64,000 nucleotides of DNA, taken from Camelus dromedarius. Its lineage: Eukaryota. The stretch lies in assembly GCF_036321535.1 (NCBI RefSeq), contig NC_087437.1, positions 49,478,001 through 49,542,000 of the forward strand, read 5' to 3'. The translations under genes were made by a program, and so were the position numbers. The stretch's first letter is position 1, and every line of letters begins with the position of its first letter. Positions 56,601 to 64,000 of this stretch are shown here, in pieces. The notes below the pieces were generated by a model. That model did no database searches. It saw only the letters and a list, made by a program, of their open reading frames with translations, and was not told where the DNA came from.

Positions 56601-59254
56601 AAATGTGAAAGTTCATTAAAGTCACAAATGGTATAATCAGCTAATTTACAACTCGTATTAAACAATGTCACATTGCTAGTCATCTGTGTGTGTGTATTTG
56701 TCTTCTCTTTCTTGCTGCTGTCAAGGGCAGTGTCAGTCTCTCATATTTCTTAGCATCTCTCCTTAGACGAGCAGTCACTTAATTTTATATCGCATTAAAA
56801 TAATGTCATATTATTTGAGATAATCAGAAGTTTCCTCTTCTGATTGAACCAAGTGTGTGTTCATTATTAGATAACATTATAGCATATTGTCCCAATAACC
56901 TTCAGGTAGAACGCACCCTCTGACTCAGCTTGCCCAATGTCGGTATATTCTGTATTTTTGTACTTCCAAATTTTTACTTGCTTTATAAATTACTCACCAA
57001 CCTCGAACATCAGCATTTCACTTGCTAATGCAGGCAAATAGAAGCAATTATTGCTTCAGTGTCTGAGATAGGTCAGGGCCACAGAGTATTGAACTTTAGG
57101 TTCTAGTGCCCCTGGAAATACCTCAAGCCCTGGTTTACCTTTGCCTGCGGTGCCCTGTATGATGTAAATACTACTATCCAATGACGCCCCCTCCCCCAGT
57201 CCTTTCATGGCTCTTTGATATTACTTAGAAGGTGATTACATAGCTTCATTTATTTCTTTGAATGCACAGGTTTCATGGTCATTAAAATAATCACAGACTC
57301 ATCAGTTCTCCCCATGCTTAAATAAGATCAATACAAACCCGAACAAGAGGCTTCGCTCCTCCATTCACCAAGATTTCTCTCTTCCTCCTCCTTTCTTTCC
57401 CTCTCCCTCTCCTCTCTACTCCTCTAATCCCTTCCCCTCTTTCCCACCTTCAAACGCGGAGTATGAAGAAGAGGATGAGTTTTTTATAGTTCTTTTTGTA
57501 ATGAGTAAGAACATTTATTCAACTGTTAGCCAGGACGGAGTGAAGGGTTGCCTATATACAAACTGTCAGAGGCAGCGGTAGCAGCTTTGGTGTGTGCTAC
57601 AGGCAAAAAAGGAACCCTGGCCGGGCCTTAAAAACCAGTCCAATCCAGCAGTGAGATGGTTAATAGGATGAGTAAAGGCTATTTTTAAAGTCTGGCTCCC
57701 CTCTCTGATACACTCTTGAAAATTCACCCTGTACTGCAGAAATCCTAAATTGCAGTGCCCTGCACCCCACTGAAACTCTTCAGTCTGCTGTAAGTAAGCC
57801 TCAGCATGGGCAAGATTGGGGGTGAACAGCTGGAGGAGGGGCGCAAGCCCTGGGCCTTTGTAATGGAGGGGGAAACACTGAGATCCTGCGGAGAAGGAAC
57901 ACAGAAACCCTCAAGGCCTAGAGAAATAGACCCAGACAAAAGCCCCGTTACATGGTTGCAAATCACCCCACTGCTGTTATTTTATTTACTGTGGTCTGCA
58001 GGAGGATTGTTTTCTCTTTGCAAAATTTTTAAGCTTCATGGGCTTTTCTCCTCCACAACAGCGGTCACTTATACCACAGTGCCACGTAGAGACAGCCTTC
58101 ACCTTCCGCTTTCTTAAGGAAAGGGGAGAAAAACCTGGCGCAGTCAAGATGCAATATTTCCAGTCTTCCAGTTCTTTTCCAGGGATAAAAGATTGAAGGA
58201 CGGTGTCTTTAAAATATTGGCTTCTATTGGTTCTGTCAGTGTGGTTTCGTTACACGGTTTCCTGGCTTTCTTTGATTATTTTCTTTAAGATGACACCTAC
58301 ATTCACGCGTTTGGACAGAAATTTATTTAGATGCCGGAAGGGAAGGAAAGGCAACACAATTTTGTATTGAATCAATTAGAGATAGGTAAATGAAGAAACA
58401 TTTTTCCCCAGCAAAATAATTTTATTTCAGTTTCAGCGTTGATAGAAGTATCATCCTGTCACAACAGCAAGACATATACTGGGTCTGAGGTTTTTTTCAT
58501 TGGAAGGTTAGGAGAGGAGGAAGGCTGACAGAAGCAGTTATTTTAAAATCTAAAGAGAAAGAACTGTCTGTGAGGGCAAGTCTCTTCAGTGCAAGTTTCT
58601 TCGGGTATTTGTGAAAAGGGGCCCTTGCCTCATGGCAGAGGGAAGGAGGGGGGCCTGGGGAGGCAGCTTACTTCTCTGTACGGAAATACGTGGTTGGCTT
58701 TGGTAAACAGTTCTCAGCAACTGAGTCAGAGCTTCGGGCCATGCCTTGGGGCAACGGAGAGTCGCTTAGTCCCCAGAGCAGCAGAAGGCTCTTCCTTCTG
58801 CTTAGACGGCTTGTATTGTCAGGACCAGGAAGTTGAAAGGGGAACTTGCAATAAGTGTGCTCAGTTGAAGAAAAATAAAAAAGTGAAATTTTCCTGTGAC
58901 AAATTCATGGAGGTATTTACAAAGTGTTTGAGCAGGTAATTAGCACCCAAACCAGGTTTCAGGAAATCATTCTGGTCACCTCAAATGAAGAATATATAAT
59001 GAGCTGAAGGGCTTGATTTTCAATGGATGATTTACCCAGAACAATAGCCCAAACAGAACCGGGTAAAGGGTTTACAAATGGTAACTTGAGAAGCAGTGGG
59101 CTTCCTTCCCAGGAGCTTAATCCTGTCCCCTCTCCCACTACCCTGTCCCTTCTCTTCAAACTCTCTCCTCTCTTCTTCCATCACTTCCACAAAACACATG
59201 CCTAACATAGGTTTTCTTGAAAAGTTGAACACAGTCCTAAAAAAAAAAAGAATT

Positions 59255-59410
59255 GTGTATAGCCTAATCGCACATGCTTAACATGCATGAGGTCCTGGGT
59301 TCAATCCCCAATACCTCCAATAAAAATAAATAAATATACCTAATTACCCCCCACAAAAAACAAAACAAAACAAAAAACCCACTCCAAACCCCCATAAACA
59401 AAATAAATAC
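59255..59410 (+). mobile_element. tRNA-Ala-derived SINE (Vic-1-like), 5' end degraded
   Basis: CACATGCTTAACATGCATGAGGTCCTGGGTTCAATCCCCAATACCTCC, then AAATAAATAAAT-ACCTAATTACCCCCC and a (CAAAA)n tail. Confidence 0.85.
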
Positions 59411-60962
59411 AGTATTTTTTTTTAAAAGAAAGGTATGTCATTTAAAAAAAAATCTGTCAAAGACACATAGGGAGGGTACAAAAAAAATACATAGTAAATT
59501 TGCCTGTTGGCATCTAGACCTAACCAGTTTTGAGTTATTTCAGGCTGAAACTTTTTTGCTTACTTGCTGAGGCTCATTGTGGAGTCTTTCCTTATCGGAG
59601 TTTCTTGCACTGGATAACAAGCAATGCTGAAAAGATTACCCATTCTTTGCCAAGCATATTCCAGAAGACTGACAACGTGGAGAACCAAAGATGACTACAT
59701 AAAAAACAGTTCAACATTGCTTAACTGACAATGTTACATGATTTTGTTGCTTTAAGAAAGGCTCCTTACCCATAGGCACTAGGTTTGCTGTGCTACATGC
59801 ATTAATACTTCTAGGAAAAGACTATTCTCTGCCATAGTAACTCTGGTAGCAAAATGAATAATAGTAGTTAATGCTTACCGTCTATAGCCTCTTGTTGTAT
59901 ATTGAAAGATGAATTTTCCTTTATTATGATCTAAAATGTTTGCGTGATTCTTCTTTTGCTCATTTATGGTTAAAGTCCCCCCCCCCCATCCCCAAATTGC
60001 TTTGGGTACGGATTTCAAGCTAAAAGAAAGTAACTTGGACATGATTTGATAGACTAGGAAATAGGTTTAGAAAGTTCAAATTACTGCCCAAGGTCACCTA
60101 GGGTCAGAGCTGGTACCAAAACTAAGATTTCCTAAGGCCTGATTTTGACTGTTTTTCCCAGGGCATTAGACCATTTTCCTGTGCGGTTATTATATGAGAG
60201 CTTCCTGAGAATACCAGTTTCTTCTGAGGCATGCTCTCTGTCATTAAGTGCGCCAGCAAACTGTTAATTAAGATTGTTTTGAGCTGTTTACCAATTTAGG
60301 TGATGTCAGATACTTCTTTCCGATTCTGTTGGCCTCTTGGGGATGGCAGAAAATTCTGTTGATTCTGTTGCCTGTGGTTTGACCATCTGTTCTCAGTCAT
60401 GATTGTGGCTGCCATTTGGAAATCCATAATCTGACACCATTACCAGAATTGTACATTTAAAATTCATGAAGCTCTTTGTGGGTCCCAGGCCCTTCATAAA
60501 CTCTCCTTAATTTTATAAGATAATCCACAGAGGATGCTAAATTTTGGAGCTGAAGGGTACAGGTTAAAAGAGTGAAGCTGTTCTACACTTGCTCTCTTCC
60601 CCAGCCTTATAGAAGCAGTTTTGTTAGAGGTCTGAGATAGAAGATAAAACACTAGAAGGTGCAAAACGGTCAGGAAGGGTCGGAAGTAGGGAAGAAGTCA
60701 TACGTATTATTTCTAGTCATCCTTACAAAGTACCCCTAGGAGGCACATTGGGTTCTCACCCCAGATATAGTCAACACTACTTGGTGTGCATAGGAATACA
60801 GAAGACTTTCAAGAGGCGTTTTGTCTGAAGATAAAAGTTTACTTAAAAAAATTCATTTGGATATCATGCTTTGCACTTTCCAGGGTTAATTCTTAGTACT
60901 GGAATGTCCCTAGCATCCTGTATCATTCAGGCTAATTATTATGTCCCTTAGGGTTAAAAATG

Positions 60963-61107
60963 TTTTTTCCTTTTTTGGGGGGTGTAATTAGGTTTATTTA
61001 TTAATTTTTTAATAATTTTTTTCTTTTTTAGTGGAGGTTCTGGGGATTGAACCCAGGACCTTGTGCATGCTAAGCACATGCTCTACCATTGGGCTACACC
61101 TTCCCCC
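60963..61107 (-). mobile_element. tRNA-Ala-derived SINE (Vic-1-like)
   Basis: Plus strand GGGGGGTGTAATTAGGTTTATTT...GGGGATTGAACCCAGGACCTTGTGCATGCTAAGCACATGCTCTACCATTGGGCTACACCTTCCCC is the reverse complement of the same family. Confidence 0.9.
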
Positions 61108-61199
61108 TAACATTTTTCTGAAATAATGAGTTAATACCTAAAAACCACACAGAACTGTGCCTGATACATAGTAAGGACTTTGTAAATATTCCCCATTAT

Positions 61200-61690
61200 T
61201 ATTCATGTGTCGATGCATCATTTACTGAGTGACTGTTCCAGTCACTGAAGATGCACCAAAGGTGTGGTCACGGGGCCTGCCCTCCAGGAGTTGATAGTCA
61301 CATGAAGGAAACAGGGAGATAGCTGTAGAAGTATGCAGGAGATGTTGTGGGAACAGGGAAGAAGGGTAAACAGATTTCCTGGGCCCCACCCTAGATTTGC
61401 TAACTCCTGACTTAGGTGGTGGGGTCTGCAGTCTGTATTTTCAAAAAACTCCTCAGGCAATTCCAAAGTAGCTCTGGGGTGTTTGTCTAATCTTAATTAG
61501 GCTGGAGGAAAATTCTGGGAAAGCCTTTCTAGAGGAGCTGATAGTAGAGCTAGACTCTGGAAGAATGGAGGAGATCCTAAATTGAGGGAAAATTTCTCAA
61601 AGGTATAAAAGAGCCTCTGCTGTTTGGAGACTGTCTGCTAGATGGGGGGTCTGGTTGGAGTCAAGGTCTTAGGGAAAAGGGTGATGTAGG
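61200..61690 (-). mobile_element. L2 fragment interrupted by the MER5A-like element
   Basis: TTTACTGAGTG...GCCTGCCCTCCAGGAGTTGATAGTC and ...CTGGGAAAGCCTTTCTAGAGGAGCTGATAGTAGAGCTAGACTCTGGAAGAATG (L2 3' region, reverse). Confidence 0.55.
61370..61475. mobile_element. MER5A-like hAT-Charlie fragment
   Basis: CAGATTTCCTGGGCCCCACCCTAGA...GGTGGGGTCTGCAGTCTGTATTTTCAAAAAACTCCTCAGGCAATTC matches the MER5A pattern. Confidence 0.7.
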
Positions 61691-61780
61691 TAGGATGGCC
61701 AGGTATATCATTACTCAAACCAGGACGCTTGAGACTGAAAGGAGGTGTTATGAATAATTATGTGGGGGAACATGTACCCT
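61691..61780 (+). mobile_element. MER81-like hAT fragment
   Basis: TAGGATGGCCA...CAAACCAGGACGCTTGAGACTGAAAGGAGGTGTTATGAATAATTAT resembles the MER81 5' half. Confidence 0.55.
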
Positions 61781-62209
61781 CATAGGAGATGATGCCAGGT
61801 GCACACAAGAGCTCTGACAAGATTCTCAGGGTCCTTCAGGGTGGAGCTGCTTCATTATTGCCTGGGGCAGTGGCAGCCTCGAAGAAAAGGCAGACTAGTG
61901 ACAAGATCAGATTTATATTTTCAAGTTTTCCTGTCTTGATCCTGAAACATCATACTAAGTGAAATGTGCCAATTTTAGGGAATGGTTCGTGTTTTTATAA
62001 TTTCTTTGAATATGTCATTTAGCTTTCATCTTTATAAGAATCCTAATGTAATGCTGAAAATGCACTTAGCGATTAAAATCAGGTGTAAAGGTGGCAGTCT
62101 GAACACTCCATAGTGCTAATAACTGGTCCTAGAAGAACATCACTTTATTTCTATAAGAATATCATGTTCTTCCATTATTTATGAAATGCCCTAAGATTAA
62201 CCATTTATT

Positions 62210-62450
62210 CTTCTAGGTACTGGAGAAATTGAGTGAGACAAGCAATGAGGTCCTTGTCTTTATGGAGCTTATATTCTAGCAGAAGAGATAGACAACAATT
62301 ATATAAATATGCAATATAATTTCAGGTATTGCTAAGTGTTGAGGAAAAATTCAATCAAGATAAGGGAGTGGTTAAGGAGGAAACAGGAAGTGCAAAGGCC
62401 TTGAGGTAGGAACAAGCTTGGTTAGTGGGAAGAACCGAGAAAAGAAGTTC
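62210..62450 (-). mobile_element. L2 fragment
   Basis: GGTCCTTGTCTTTATGGAGCTTATATTCTAG...AAGTGCAAAGGCCTTGAGGTAGGAACAAGCTTGG. Confidence 0.75.
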
Positions 62451-62664
62451 AAATTTTTTTCTGATGAGGCCACTCCTAACTCCATACTATGACCTGCAGG
62501 GCTTCACATGATCTGACCTTTACCTATCTGTCCTACTTCCTATCTGAGTTTTACAGTTTGGGAGGGAGCTATGGTCACAAGTGAAGTGTCCTTGGGGAGG
62601 ATGAGTCACTTTTCCTTAAATTTACTCTCCTAACTTACTTCTTAACCCTACTCTCAAAACAATT

Positions 62665-62820
62665 CTAACACTTACTGAGCATCTGCAATCTACTGGCAGA
62701 GCACTTTGCAAATGTCATTTATACCAGCCTTATACCAGCCCTACAAAACTGGCAATATTGTTACCATTTTACAGGTAAAGAAACAGACTCAAAGAGGTTA
62801 AATAACTTTTCTATGGTTGT
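62665..62820 (-). mobile_element. MIR fragment
   Basis: CTAACACTTACTGAGCATCT...CCATTTTACAGGTAAAGAAACAGACTCAAAGAGGTTAAATAACTT. Confidence 0.75.
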
Positions 62821-63064
62821 TTTGTACTAAGAGATGATTTCAGGTCTTTTCTCCACAAAATGACTTTCAATGCCTTGGAGCCACAGTCATCTTAAATAGG
62901 GAATGCCAATAGTATATTCTGCTTAAAAGTCAGCTCTTAACTGAAGCCCCAAGGCACACATTGTGGAATAGTACTTCTATTCCCATGAGGAAATCTCAAA
63001 GACTAGCATATAAATCTTGTATATAGTGTAGTACCAAAAAAAAAAAAAAAAAAAGTCCACAATA

Positions 63065-63250
63065 AAGAAGAAAGCCAGGACTCTAATTCTGATGCTACAC
63101 CTAATTAGTTCTGTGACCTTGGCATGCCCTTTGGCCCATCTGAGTCAACTTTCCTGATCTGCAAAATGGGTGTTGTCATTTAAATCTAGCTCAGGTACAT
63201 GTGAAGTTGCTTTGAAAAGGAAAATGATAAACATATAAAATAAATTATTA
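63065..63250 (+). mobile_element. MIR fragment
   Basis: CTAATTAGTTCTGTGACCTTGGCATG...CTGAGTCAACTTTCCTGATCTGCAAAATGGG. Confidence 0.7.
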
Positions 63251-63615
63251 CATTCACAGAACTTGATTGTAAATATAATTTTTTGGCCAATAACAAAATG
63301 TCCTAGTAAATGATGGGTTCAGTTTCTGATATTGGAATCTAAAAACACACACATAAACACACACAGCTATTGGATAACTGTAAACTCTCTGTCAGCTAAA
63401 CAGGGTATTTTCATCCTTCAGTCTTTTTCATCCTTAAACTTTAAAGAATATGCTGAGAAGATAAGAAGCTGTTTAGGCTCCTGCCAGATAAGATAAACTG
63501 TGAGGTACCTTCTTTTAAGGCAATAGAAAAAGAACAATTATTTCCAGAAACTAAGAAAGAGACAGAGAAGGAGAGGAAGAAAGAATGGAAGGCAGGTAAG
63601 AAAGAAAAGTTTTGT

Positions 63616-63745
63616 GGGGGAGGGTATAGCTCAGTGGTACAGTGTCTGCATAGCATGCACGAGGTCCTGGGTTCAATCACCATTAACAATACATAAATAA
63701 ACCTAGTTACCACCCCCTAAAAAAATAACATTTTAAAAATTAGAA
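63616..63745 (+). mobile_element. tRNA-Ala-derived SINE (Vic-1-like)
   Basis: GGGGGAGGGTATAGCTCAGTGGTACAGTG...GCATGCACGAGGTCCTGGGTTCAATC, then ACCTAGTTACCACCCCC and an A tail. Degenerate AAAGAAAA(G/A)TTT TSD. Confidence 0.9.
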
Positions 63746-64000
63746 GAAAAAGAAAAATTTCTATTTATGTATGGCCATTTGGCCTTCTGTGGAATGACAG
63801 TTTTAATTAGCTGGTTTTGACCAACTGTAGTCTAGCCCTGCTATAGTTTGGTGTAGGCCTGGAATACAATTACTTTAAAATTCTAAGGAGCTGTCTGTTG
63901 AGGTCTGCATGGCACAGAAGTCTTCAGCCTGGGTGGGCACTTGGCCTCCTGGGTTGAACTTGCCATAGGCCATCACCATTGTTCCTTCAGTCCAGGGAGG

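Noticed and set aside
63616..63690. tRNA-Ala-like sequences (also at 39.7, 50.0, 59.3 and 61.0 kb)
   Set aside because: These are SINE heads: stems are mutated, each is followed by the same SINE body and A-rich tail, and some have TSDs.

Overview
Mammalian genomic DNA containing the SOX2 locus. The species is most likely a camelid, because the only young SINEs are five tRNA-Ala-derived, Vic-1-like elements and I saw no Alu, B1/B2, Bov-tA, PRE-1 or SINEC. The only protein-coding gene I can support is the intronless SOX2 (17562-18527, +, 321 aa, with a 9-Gly N-terminal tract). It lies in an intron of the same-strand lncRNA SOX2-OT, three exons of which are recognisable (4883-5168, 20363-20470, terminal exon from 42970). 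Known SOX2 enhancers are visible by motif and position: N2/SRR1 (~13.2 kb), SRR2 (Sox-Oct, 21283) and the N1 core (two TCF/LEF sites plus TGTGAC, ~33.15 kb). There are also three strong CTCF motifs and a chain of CpG islands. The first ~37 kb look free of transposons and retain CpG; beyond ~46 kb the sequence is ordinary TE-rich DNA (MIR, L2, L1M, MER53, MER5A, MER81). I found no new multi-gene or protein-coding system. The best leads are regulatory or RNA-level: an in-frame CUG-led N-terminal extension of SOX2, possible SOX2 read-through splicing into SOX2-OT, divergent CTCF sites around N2, an orphan promoter-like CpG island at 40 kb, and a MER53 hairpin whose arms appear to have changed in concert. 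Orthology and repeat-family names come from recognition, not database searches, and repeat and island boundaries are approximate.
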